Of a stretch of 64,000 nt of DNA, positions 52,311 through 64,000 are shown one piece after another. The notes below the pieces were generated by a model. It made no database searches, was not told the DNA's origin, and saw only the letters and a program-made list of their open reading frames with translations. The DNA is taken from the NCBI GenBank assembly GCA_051942245.1, contig JAVECL010000011.1, positions 1-64,000 on the forward strand, written 5' to 3'. The position numbers and the translations under genes were made by a program. Numbering within the stretch: the stretch's first letter is position 1; every line of letters starts with the position of its first letter. This DNA is from Trypethelium eluteriae. Its lineage: Eukaryota.

Positions 52311-54113
52311 CTACTCACACTGTGCTGCTCCATCCAAGAGCTCATACACAACCCCCAGGTTAGCTAAACCATCTTCCACGCGCTCCATTACCCCTAGCAC
52401 CTTTTCCTCTTCGAGCCTCCTGCCTACAACCTGGACCGCTACTGGTAGACCGTGCATATCATCAACATCGTAGTGACCGTTTTCATATGCTCCTCTTGCC
52501 ACACCGTTCCACGACTTTATCTTCTTTCCCTCCAACAAGCCATTCACCAATCTGTCCTTCCCAGCATCAACCTTGGTAACTGGGAGGATGCCGGCCGTGT
52601 AATCAAGCAAATTCCATAAGAATGTGTACCCGCAGCTACTCACCGCCTGACCCATTCCCCTATGCGGCACTGCCGGCGTAGCATTCGGAGGGCAGAGAAT
52701 TACGTCAAAGGCATTGGAAGGATCATTCCACCAGCTGAACCACGTCGCTCGGAACGCTTCGCGCTTCGCGACAAGCTTCCACTGCTCAGATGCGTTACAA
52801 CCATGCCAATTTCGTAGCAGACCTGCCCACAGCGAATCGCGTCGGATATATTTGACATAGAGGTAATGGAGATACTTAATGAAGCGTGGTAGACGCATGT
52901 AGCGACGCATCACTCTCGCTCCATCATCGTCTGTTTCGCCGGTTCGGAAAAAGGAACGAAAGGTCTCGCAGCCGTCAGAGTTGAGGAGTTGGGAAGCTAG
53001 GACTAGTCCGTCGTACGGAGTTGCGGTAGGCGGTGGAATGACGTCGATAATGTCGTGGCCTTGCTTTTGGAGAGCAGCGACGGCGAGATTCAATGCGCGG
53101 GTGCAAGCTGGAGAGGGAGGCACGACGCCATCCGATGCCATAATGCCAATACGCAGTTTTGAGGACCTGGTTGTGGAAGAGAAGGAATCCTCGATATCCT
53201 GGCGCCAAGCGATTGGATGCACTGAACAGTCATACTCCCATGGCTTCATCGAAATCAAACTTTGTGTGAAATATGTAAGATCACTGAGAGTCCTGGCCAT
53301 TGGACTAAAGACACTGGCCACGCCCTCTTGTCCTGGCATACTCGTGCTGAAACCCGCTTTTGGCCATCTTCCTGTGCTACAGCGCAAACTGTAGCAGCCG
53401 GAGAAGTGTGCTGGTGCACGCACGCTCCCAGCCACATCTGAGCCAATGCCAATGCGCGAGCCTCCAAATGCCAGCAGCGCACCTTCACCGCCAGTGGAAC
53501 CGCCAGGGGAGTATCTGGTGTTGTGCGGATTGAGGGTCCGTCCCCACACATCATTGAAAGACTCGAAGCTAAGGAGGGTAATGGGTAGGTTCGTCTTAAC
53601 AAACGGTATCGCACCAGCATCTTTCAAAATTCTGACCATAGCCCCATCTTTTGCATAAGGTTTTCCCGTATTGCGTGAATAGCCAACTGTGGTATCGAAT
53701 CCGCCAACAACAATGGAGTCTTTCAGTGACACAGGTATTCCCGCGAGAGGGCCTCTTAAGTTTACATCCGTCTGAGCCCAAGCTTCGGCTTCAGGGAGCA
53801 GGACCTCCGTAAGGCAGTTGGTCCTTTCGTGGGCTTTGATTGAGACCTTGCCGTAGGCACGAAGCACGTCGACCGGAGATGTGATTTGCTTGTGGACATC
53901 TTGAACAAGCTCGTCAATGGGTTTTCCAAGGATACTGCGTTCGTTGGAGGAAAGAGGAGATTTGTAAGGAGCTGGGAGATTGGCAATCCTATTAGAACGT
54001 TCTGCTTGCTTGAATTGGCTTGACAATCGTAAGCTATTGAGAAGTAGGAAGCTGAGAGTTCTTGGGGCTCACCACGCTCGACGATGCTCCAGGTAATCAA
54101 AAGGCGGGATCAT
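52311..54113 (-). CDS. Amidase-signature family enzyme (acetamidase/fatty-acid amide hydrolase-like)
   Basis: GIPVSLKD, PGGSTGGEG, GIGSDVAGSVR (Lys-Ser-Ser triad); first exon MIPPFDYLEHRRA; intron 54019-54072. Confidence 0.92.
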
Positions 54114-55243
54114 GGTTGCTGCTGCGGTCTCCCTAACAGTCAAGAGTGCTGCAGCATCGCGGCTCTGAGAAGTTGAAGTCAGAAGACCTTATCTCAGTAG
54201 ATAGTCGGGCACATTTCTGGTATCTGTAGGGTGGGGCGTAGCATTCATCTCCACGGCCGCAGCTAGCCGTGAGTGCCGGATGCGGGAGCTTGCAAAGAAG
54301 CATCTTGCAGCTGCAGGCTCGAAAAATTTGGCCCATCATCCTTTTCTCAATCGAAGAAAAGTGCGCGACTTAGGAAGACAGGCGTCGACAAGACATTGAG
54401 AAAAGCATTGTTGTGATTGGAGCTTGGGCCGCTAGGATACTTTGAGGGTCGTCCAAGTGCTGCACTCCATCTGCCCATAAGCACGTCCGACTGCCCTGTT
54501 TCCTTCCCTCCTCCAGGAAGAAGCCATAACACGCCCAAGAACACATTGTGTCAAAGGCTTAACAACATGAGTTTGACGTCAGACTGCAGCCTACAATCCT
54601 CATGCCTGGATCTTGGTGCGCGCGCCTGGAAGGTGGCTGAGTCGATCTGGATCCTCTTTCTTCAACGAGAGTTATCCAAACAAAGTCTGAAAGGCGCGTC
54701 TCAGGACGTCCGACAACTCTGTTGAGAGCCTCATCGTTAGTGCGAGCCGAGACTGTCTTCGATCTTCGTCGTTTCATCGTCTTCAATGGCTGTCGTTCGT
54801 GCGTTGAGACTATTTCTGCTAAGCGCCTGGAGTGTATCCTTGCGCTCTGGTTCGGCAAGAGCCGCAACCACTGTCCTGGGGCTCCATTGGGCGTTGTCAG
54901 CGCCTACTATAATCGTCATGAAACTTGCAGCAATAATAGAGAAGGTTGGTATTCTATCTTGCGATCTTGGCATGGCGTTTTTGAGGTACTTAAGAAGACA
55001 CGGTCTCGAACTTCTTTGAGCATTACACAAACACATCTCCACGAGTTTCCTACAGTCTTTCTTAGGTGTCTTTCTGCTTGTTTCCACGGCTCGGGTTATT
55101 ATTATCGTCATTCTTATCACTTAACTCATCGATATCCACTGGCAGATATCTTTACGCTCTCTTACTGCTCATAAGCACTCATCAATCATTGCCCATTACT
55201 CATTGACCATTTCAACTCTCATTATTTCGTACCGTTGCCCAAT

Positions 55244-55944
55244 ATGCCTGTCCCTAGCTATGGTGCTCCCCCACTTGCGAAGTTCTTCCTCATGGTCCGA
55301 GGCCTCGAGCTCTTCTGTATGATCTTCATCATCGGATTCACAGCCAATTTTGTTGCAGAAATCAACTCGCAGAATGCTATCCCACCTCAGGAAGTCGTGG
55401 GTACACTCAGCATTGTAAGAAGCCGCACACCGAAATATTGGTTTGCCGCTGCTAACCTTTGTCAGACTTCACTGGCTGCTCTCTACTGTCTTGTGTCCAT
55501 CGCCTTCTTCTGGGCCCAAGCCAACCTCGGCCTCTTCATCATGACCGCCATCGATTTCCTCATCCTTATCGCCTTTATTGTCGTTTCCGTTGTTGTTGGC
55601 AAGCCACTGTCTGTCCTTAACTGCATTGCTGTTGACAACGCCTCTGCGGCTCAAAATGCGGCCTCGGCAACCGCTATGGCCCAATCGATTGACAGTTCTC
55701 TTCCATTTGGTCACAAGCTCACTCTTTATTACTGGGCTGGAAATACTCGCGTCAACTGCTATGAGACCAAGGCAATCTGGGGCTTCAGCATCGCCCTTGC
55801 GTAAGTAGATTCTGACCTTCATCTATGTGACTAGGTGCTAACTTCTTGTCTCCAAGTATCCTCTTCTTCACCTCTTCCATCCTTCTTCCAACCTTGTGGC
55901 ATAAGGCAAAGAAGGCGGGAGCAGGCTTCAAGCAAATGGCATAG
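55244..55944 (+). CDS. MARVEL-like four-transmembrane protein
   Basis: Four hydrophobic segments; GKPLSVLNC and CYETKAIWGFSIALA motifs; introns 55415-55466 and 55801-55856. Confidence 0.78.
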
Positions 55945-56725
55945 ATGCCACACGAACAAGTAGAGAGACACAGCACATACACTAGCATTGATCCTCAAAA
56001 AGCAGCTCAGGATAGCTCGCAAATATCAGCATTTGCAGGGGTTATCTGGTCTGGGAAGGGTATTGGTTGTTATTGCGTTCAGATCTTGAGGTCTTTTAAT
56101 AGAGTAATACAAAATGACAAATCTACCAGCCGTCATTCGTGCAACTGACACAGATCCTGCATTGTATTCTTGTCGAGTTAGAACCGTGCCACAAAAAGCC
56201 AAACGGAACTACTTTTGTCGCGGGCCAAAGAGCTGGTGAGTCTCCCATCATCAATCTTTTACATAAAGCTGGCGACGGTGGGTACTACTAGGAAATCTGT
56301 ATGTCACCGAATTATCCAAATACTTTTTAGGGAAATTACAGCATTTCCTGTTGTGCCTGTCGAGTAAAAGCTTGGTTCCGATTAGACATTATGCTCTTGA
56401 TAAATGTCATATACTATACATTGGATTCAATATGCAGGAGTCATTTTATCTTAGTTCATTGGCTCGATTTTTATTTCCTTATATCGGCGAGAGTCCAGTC
56501 ACTTGTCATATGGTCGTGCTAATGTATGTCATAGATACCGTACGCGGTAAGTTGCTGTAAATGGCCAAACAGGTCTATACTAATCTCAGGCCAAAGAGTT
56601 AGTCTCTCTAGAAATAATTATCGATGAAGCTGAATCTGTTATCTGAATGTGAGAGATGTGGTCACGAAATTTGAACAGCTTCACAGTATGCTCGACAATC
56701 CATGCTCAACCTCAGAAATAGTGCC

Positions 56726-57733
56726 TCATCTCGAGCGCCCACAATCCCCAGCTACCATAGGGCTGGTTACTTGGAATGGGGAAAAATAACTCCAACTGGG
56801 CAATATATATAGTGATGTGATCCAAATGCACCATAACCTGAACGTTCTCTTGCTTTCAATCTTACTTTGATTCATTTTCATTAGACTTTCCTCCGCAACA
56901 ACAGCCCCCATGACCAGAGTTGGAATAGCCATGAGATAAGAGCTGTCCAATATGTGAGGAGCTCCTACTGATACAACTATGACCACCGTCCCAATCCAAA
57001 TTCTTGTATATTTTGCTCCAAAGGCAAGCGGAAGAGTCAATCTACCTCTTTTCCGATCACCATCCTGGTCATAAAGATCCATAGAATGGATTGTAGTAGT
57101 TATTGCAAATGCCACACAGCTAAGCCAACGCAAGCTTTCTCGGTTGAGTTCAAGATGCTGCGTGCCAAGCGATGCTTCCACAGCTCCGGAGATGAAGCTT
57201 AGGTACCCGCCAGCATTTATCAGGCCACGCAGCGTCCAATGATTTGATCCATTAAGATCGTTGTAACAGTAAGTGAGACTTTGAAGTATAAGACAGGGCA
57301 TAAAGCCTCCGACAAGAAGCGTCATGGTGAGGACTATTGGCAAGAGAGCGTGGTAGATCATCGTAGCCTGTTGCATCGACAGGCGCCCCGAAGCTATAGG
57401 TCTCCAAGGTTTGTTGATTCTGTCTTCTTGAACGTCGTCCGAAGTCCTCTGATTTGATATGTTGAACAAAAGGAGGTTACTCCAGACCCAAAGAAACGCA
57501 CGAGGAATTCGGAGTGACATTTTGCTATGGCAAGCATTTTCTCCGAGCCGAAAAGGTCTACCGGTAGTGCTAATCAACGTAGCGCCGAGCACATTAGGGA
57601 ATAAAATGCTTATGAAATCATCGGCCGTGAATAATATCATTGTATAGATGAAGTTTAGTATTTTTGAAACAATCTTCACCTTGATAAAGGAACTCATTGT
57701 CGTCTGGAATGTAGCCATCGTAAGCAAAGACAT
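56726..57733 (-). CDS. UbiA-superfamily membrane terpene cyclase/prenyltransferase (Fma-TC-like)
   Basis: NQRTSDDVQEDRINKPWRPIASGR, YNDLNG, DLYDQDGDRKRGRLTLP motifs; multiple TM helices; intronless. Confidence 0.85.
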   Translation of the reverse strand: MSLLTMATFQTTMSSFIKVKIVSKILNFIYTMILFTADDFISILFPNVLGATLISTTGRPFRLGENACHSKMSLRIPRAFLWVWSNLLLFNISNQRTSDDVQEDRINKPWRPIASGRLSMQQATMIYHALLPIVLTMTLLVGGFMPCLILQSLTYCYNDLNGSNHWTLRGLINAGGYLSFISGAVEASLGTQHLELNRESLRWLSCVAFAITTTIHSMDLYDQDGDRKRGRLTLPLAFGAKYTRIWIGTVVIVVSVGAPHILDSSYLMAIPTLVMGAVVAEESLMKMNQSKIESKRTFRLWCIWITSLYILPSWSYFSPFQVTSPMVAGDCGRSR

Positions 57734-58309
57734 AGGGTATTGATGTTTCCAAGTACCAAGCGACAGGTATATACGGATGAAAAATGAAAATTGCTTTGCC
57801 TTTTCTGAGACAAATGTCCCTGTTATAAGAGACAAATATTACGAGATCACACTAGCATTGGCATTCATTTCACATGGAATTGCATAGAACCTACACCGAC
57901 TAGGACTTCGCCGAAATACTAAACCAGCCGAGTGCATCGGCAAAGCAAAGCACTGGAAGAATCCAGGGATTAAATCTCACCGCGTCCGTCCCTGAAACTA
58001 TGATATCCCTGTATTAAGGCGCAGTCAAGCTCTGTTATCTGCATGTACTCGCCTCCAATAGGATCAACATCAACATGTGCTGATGGACGGACGATATGCC
58101 TGGTTCTACGGAAATCTCGATGCTCAAGGATCGTTTTCTCGCCGCTTCTACATCTTATATGAACTGTTTCGCCGACTCTCGTCTAATCTGCCTCTACTCG
58201 TGTGACTGAGCGACACCAAAAGATGCGGCTGCAGACATCTGTGCCTGAATATGTCAACTTCGGGAACAGGCCCTCAACACACACATTTCCGGATTTGAGA
58301 CTCCGTCAT

Positions 58310-58607
58310 AATAATCCCAGCAAGTAGGGGCTCAGGGTACGTTCATAAACCATGAAAACAAAAAGCTGATAAATGGCCACACTCATAAACAAGCAGAGCC
58401 GTAAGGAAGTGCCATCAGAGTTGACATCAAATAAGCTCGCATTGCCGAGAGAGTCCTCATCTCAAATGGAAAAAGGAGTAAATAAAAGAAAATGTAGGTC
58501 TTTAATAGTTGAGCAGCGTGCAAATGCCACTCTCCTCGGATGAAAATCAATAGATGGGAAACAAATCCAATTAAGCTGAAAATACACAGATTTTGTGGAG
58601 TGTTCAT
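58310..58607 (-). pseudogene. Truncated cytochrome P450 5' fragment
   Basis: SHLLIFIRGEWHLHA N-terminus typical of a fungal P450 subgroup, then frameshifted MSVAIYQLF and HGL*TYPEPLLAG (decayed PGP hinge); no catalytic domain follows. Confidence 0.65.
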
Positions 58608-59851
58608 AACCCAAGTAGAAGTGCTGTGCCGCCGAAGTCATTGGACAATATCATAAGATTGCGCGAACCACAATGAAGAAAAATGTTATCAGTATGTGTA
58701 GCTAGTCTAGTCAATACTCCCAGGCGAGTTTCGCAGAAGACAGATTTAACCAAAATTTAGGGATCACGTTGGTGGTTCAACAAGAGCGTCTTCGATAAAC
58801 GCATGTATCCTTGCCTACTCTACTGCACGATATCGTATGCTATCGTATCGTACTCTATCGTATGGTGGAAAAGGGCAAGGTGCAACACGTCTTTTCCCTG
58901 CAGTCACCCAACCATCATATTTGCGCTGAACTCGAAGAAAAACTTTTGATAACCCAGTTTTCCCGCAGGTCACCGTATCTGGAATGCGGCGTCTCACGGG
59001 CTAAAATCGAGACAAGCAGGCTACACGGAAGCTGTCGGAATGGCTCTACTCAGGCACTAAAGGGCTAGTACATAGTGAAGGCATGTGACCTCACGACTGC
59101 ATACTCGCAGCCTTGGTAGCACTCGCTTGGAGGAAGTTTGCTTTTTGCTCAATGCGAGTTCAATGCGGACTCATTGCCGATTTATCGTACCGCACTGGAC
59201 GCTCCTCAGACTGGGAAAACGCCGCTATGGGTGGATATGGTATTGGCTGCTAGGATGAGATATTGGATGTCTGGTCTCATTGTGCCGGAACTTTTAGCTG
59301 CATGCCGTATCGTACGTGCCGTGCAGAAACGGCACCTCCAACCACGAGCCGTGCCGTGATCAACCTGTTGGTGGCACAGAAAATACGTGTACGATACTCC
59401 ACATACGGTACTCCCTACATTCCCTACGCGATCCTCTCGCCCTACAGTGCCGGCGCCCTGCTCTGCTTTAAGATGCTCTACAGTGCCCATAGAATACACT
59501 GATCACCTCTTCATGCTAAAGTGGCAGAACATATGAGCTCTGGCGGCTTTAATATTGGAATTCCCGGATACTTTGGGCGATTCCCGAACGTGTCTGGGGA
59601 ACTTGGATCATCATTGGGGGTAGACTTCGATTTGTCAATAAGCCACGGTTTGGGTCCTCTATCACATTGACTCATTTCTGTTGAGGGAGACTTTAATCAA
59701 AACTTCAACAAAAATATGGCTTTTTATACAGACAATATCTCAGGCTAGCAATGCTTTGTATTCCATTGAGATTCAATTCATGTATGACAGATTAGCAAAG
59801 GAAGCTTCCGTATTAGAAGAGAAGGCATAGACAAACCCAACATTTTCGCAT

Positions 59852-60923
59852 TTAGTCGATTTCTGTCTCGATTTCTACAGTCCTCCGAATCCCGATGTCC
59901 CCCGAGTAAGCTGCCTCGATGTCGGTGAGCGGTATCTGGTCATTATTTAATTCGACTTCTTCGCCATATACCCCAGTTCTCCGCATTTTGCCATCATTGG
60001 ATGGCTTATATGCTGCGCGTGTTTCTTTTACACCATATTTTGAAGCTGGAGAACCTCCTGAATACAATTCTGTAACTTTCGCTCTACTTCGAATGATTTT
60101 TATAAAGCCTGGGACTATTGGAAAGCACGTACAAAGAATTATGCTGGCAATTTCTGCAAGACTGAACCATCGTTAGCCTGCAACCTTGACGTGTACAGAT
60201 GCTGGTACTGGAACCATACCTCCACATGGCAATTTGTGCAACAACGTAGGTTGAGTCCAGACTGCTAAATATGCGTGTTGTGAATCCAAGGCGGCAATGG
60301 TGAATGCCAAATTACCCCAAATCAGAGCGTGAATAGTATGATAAATGATGCCGGTTTTCGTTGGAACAAATATACGCAGGAGCTGCACTAAGAGGCACAC
60401 TTTCGACGTCCAAATAAGACATATGTACATGAGTTCAATAATACAACTATCCTGCACGAGATTAGCAACGCAAGTCTGCAATGAGACTCAAGTGATTGGC
60501 AGTCACCTGGGCAATCGTCGAAGCATTCGCAGCAGGAACGTCCCAGATATGTCGACCAAGGCCGAACTTTCCTTGGTCTATGATCAGGGCATTGTATGCC
60601 ATGAATTGCATCTATCTTGCATGAGCGAGACTGTCAGAATTGAATGAACTCAAATGCGAACCCAAACGAGGATCGAAAGGTCTGGGGTTCGGTAGTTAGC
60701 GATGCAGGTGGAGATACCTGATTCGAATCGACCTACAATCTTCAAAGGCAAAAGAACCTATTGCTTGCTTGGAATACAGTCTTACTACAGTAAATAACGT
60801 TGTCGATGTCATGCAAAGGACAGCCGTTGCAACAATGGCTGGATAGAGTGAACCCGGAGGATTGTTGTAATTTGGCTCAATGCCATCAGGAGGGATGCTA
60901 GCAGGGTCAAAATTACTCGCCAT
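59852..60923 (-). pseudogene. Pth11-like / fungal rhodopsin-family integral membrane gene with internal deletion and frameshift
   Basis: PPDGIEPNYNNP, RLYSK..FED, GLGRHIWDVP, SKVCLLVQLLRIFVP, then a frame change near 60288 to LDSTYVVAQIAMWS|LAEIASIILCTCFP; middle TM helices missing. Confidence 0.75.
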
Positions 60924-62182
60924 CCAGATCAAAGGGGCTTTGCGTTTAGAAGAAAAAGTACAGTAGTGGGTTGTTTGAAATGATGTCTGGCTGGAATGAG
61001 AGTGTCCGGATATGCCTCCGTTTTCAAGGCTTTGTACCTTCGAACCTCGGCCAGGTTGTGCCGCATGTTGGGTGAATTAAAGGGCTCTGGGCTGCCACCG
61101 GGGATCTTCTTTCGAGAATGGACTAGGCCAAGTAACAATGTCGTCACATCTCACCCCGCGTACCGACAGTCCAAGCACGCGCAAATGCGTTGGGATGAAA
61201 AGTAAAAGGTTGGCACATGCTGATTTGGGAATTGTACGTGAGTGGAAAGGTAATGATCGTGGTACCGTGGTGCTGTGGGGCCAAGGCCAGTAGGCAACAT
61301 CACACCACTATGCCAAGTCAAGGCGGGAGAGTCGCGCCTCACATATCCTGGCTTACGATATTTAATTTGCTTATTTCATGTAAGAGCGTTGCTTCCTTAA
61401 GGACGCTTCCGACTGTTACGATCCAGGCTCTCTAAGGGGCTTCTAAGAGTTCCGTTGTGTTGAGCTTCCGAGTATCGTAAAGCTTGCGGTCTTGCACCTT
61501 GGCAGTCGAGAAGGTCTTGCCTGCCGGTAGGCTGAAAGGGTCATGATGTTTGGGGTATCCTTGCTGCATGTTCGATAAGGTAAGGTGTCGTAAGGTAGCC
61601 GTAGCTGCGGTAACCTGCCTGCGGCCAATCGTCGAGACAGAGTACCACTATCCTAGAGTACTCTACGTACTCTACCAAAGGCCCGATGCACGCCAGAGAC
61701 CCATATTACCGCGTTGTCCCATTCCAACTGGCCTTAGAGCAGGCATGCTTAGACGAAAGGAGCGACCAATAATTATCTTCAAAGGCAACAGTACGTAGGC
61801 GCCAGACTATGCGGGATTATAAAAACCGATCTGCGGAATGCATGAGCCAACCATCCACCCACCCATGACTTCAGCTGTGCCTTTCGACTACACGACCAAT
61901 AACTGAATACGTACACCATGCCTTTTAAGCCTGTACAAAGCCGTGAATGCGGTTATTGCCGCAGAAATTGTGGATCGATCGGAGGGGTATCATCTGCCCA
62001 CTCGTTCGCAACCTGGCGGAATCTTTTCCCTCTATGGAGTTCATGGCACATGACCGTAACGCTTCTTAGCCCTGACTCCACAACTATCAGCTACATTTAT
62101 CCTGGCATTCGAAGAAAGACACTCGCTTCAGAGAGTGCTCTGGGAGCTTTGCTAAGATCTTGACATTTCTGAAGCAGATTCA

Positions 62183-64000
62183 ATGGATAATTATACTTCC
62201 GAACCATTCGGGCGACGGCTTATGCCAAAGCTTCTTGACGCTATAGCACATCGGGATCCCCACCGCACTTTTACGAGCATTGCAAACTCCGGGAAGCTTG
62301 AAGATGGCTTCACAGACATTACATTCTCTCAGCTTGCAAAAGCCGTTGACTATCTAGCGCACCAATTCAAGTCCTTTTTCGGTACCTCTTCCCATGGCTC
62401 GGACACATTGACCTATCTTGGAGTCATCGATATACGGTATATCATGGTTTTTCATGCTGCTGTGAAGTGCGGTTACAAAGTGAGCTCGCCTACTTCAGGA
62501 AATCGTTCCAGTCTCTCGCTGACAAGTGCCAAAAAGTCTTCCTCCCATCGCCCCGCAATCCTGCTGCTATAAATATTTCCCTTATGGATCAGATCCAGAG
62601 CACAAAGTTGGTTCATTCTGAGGAAGTCCTGGCAACGATACATGGAATTTGCGATAAAAAGTCGGGGCTGAAATGTCTCCAGCTCGAAACGGTAGACGAG
62701 CTTCTCGAACACCGGGCAGATCGTTTTGAATGGGCTCCCTCGTTCGAGCAGGCTAAAGATGATCCCATCCTGGTTCTCCACTCGTCGGGCTCAACAGGTT
62801 ATCCGAAACCAATCATCTCAACGCACAGGTCCTTCACTGTCATTGACAATGATCACAAGTTTCCTGGTGTGGCAGGTCGAATTAACAATGACTTTTCACT
62901 CTGGGATTTCAAAGTTGAGAATGCACGTATGTACGACGCTTTCCCGCCATTTCATCTTGCTGGTTTTGCTGCTAAAGTGATGGTGCCGCTCTACTTTAAT
63001 GTTTCTAACGTTTTTGGTCCTTCTTTAAGGCCACCTTCCGGTGCCTTGACCATTGAAATTATACAGACGCTTGATGTAATCGGTGCTTATCTTCCACCAG
63101 TCATTGTTGAGCAAATCTTCCGCGAACCAAATGGGCTTAGTGTTTTGAAGAGACTTCATGTGCTGTGTTATGCTGGTGGGCCTTTATCGCCAGATGTGGG
63201 AGACGAACTTGCTAAAAGCATCACCATCTGCCAGTTCTATGGCTCCGCAGAGGTGGGACAGGTCAGACAATTAGTACCTGAGCAGGAAGACTGGTCGTAC
63301 TTGGAATTCAACCCCCATAATAGTTTGGAATTCCAGCCTGGCGATGACGACGCATTTGAGCTGGTCGTTTTTGCGGACGAGACAACCAAAGATTTCTGCG
63401 CTTTAGACCACAATGTTCCTGGAGTGAACGAATGGAGAACCAAAGACCTCTTTAAACCTCACCCAACGAAAACCGGTTTGTGGAAGTTTCATGGGCGTAA
63501 AGATGATATCATAGTCCTCTCAAGTGGTGAAAAGCTCAATCCGGTACCTATGGAGATGATTTTAAATGGCCAAGATTCTGTTACTGGTGCAATTCTGATC
63601 GGGAAAGGTCGTCATCGACCGACCCTAATGGTTGAGCCAAAGTTGGCCGATGAGGATCCAGGTACATTCATCGAGGGTATTTGGAGTGCCATTGAAAAGG
63701 GCAACGCGCTTTTTCCTTCGTTCGGTCGTGTCCTGCACTCTCATGTTATAATTGCGAAACCCGACAAGCCATTTGTTAGAGCTGGAAAAGGTACCGTTGT
63801 ACGGAGATTGACAGAAGTTGCTTATGCCGACGAGATCGAGGCGCACTATGCCACATCAGGTGTCGTTCCTAGCCAAATCAGTGGAACCGAACTGGAGTTG
63901 ACAGCTACTCCCTATTCGAAAGAACCTGTAATGAGGTCTGTCCGCGTACTTCTACAAAGAGTCGCTCCAGGGATTCACTTTTCGGACCAAGAGAATTTCT
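62183..64000 (+). CDS. NRPS-like carboxylic acid reductase (adenylation domain; T and R domains expected beyond the window), partial
   Basis: GRRLMP, AVKCGYK|VFLPSPRN, LHSSGSTGYPKP, FPPFHLAG, YAGGPL, WRTKDLF, GRKDDIIVLSSGEKLNP, RAGKGTV; frame stays open from about 62536 to the window end. Confidence 0.85.

Overview
Gene-dense, intron-containing chromosome segment of a filamentous ascomycete (Pezizomycotina, Dothideomycete-like by inference). No prokaryotic features, CRISPR array, tRNA, rRNA or intact transposon were seen. Bases 1-56 kb are mostly conserved genes: DnaJ C-terminus, Zn2Cys6 TF, GH28 exopolygalacturonase, forkhead TF, a divergent cactin/XLF pair, NUDIX hydrolase, RPS21, GH16 Crh/Utr2 transglycosylase, IMPDH, IQGAP, a C2H2 protein, CPD photolyase, a P450, a Zn2Cys6 TF/FAD-monooxygenase pair, a GFA-domain protein, an amidase and a MARVEL protein. 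RPS21 and the GFA gene are not represented in the ORF track and were assembled from splice signals. Main observations: (1) a box C/D snoRNA in IMPDH intron 2 with an snR54-type 18S guide plus a second 12-13 nt guide matching large-subunit rRNA; (2) a partly decayed secondary-metabolite cluster at 56.7-64 kb (UbiA-type terpene cyclase, P450 stub, deleted Pth11-like gene, NRPS-like reductase with a suspect splice acceptor); (3) repeated C-rich to G-rich skew switches inside 3' exons; (4) a 16-bp-periodic CCG motif array in the TF/monooxygenase promoter; (5) an ankyrin-repeat relic. All calls come from reading the sequence and recalled family motifs; no searches were run.
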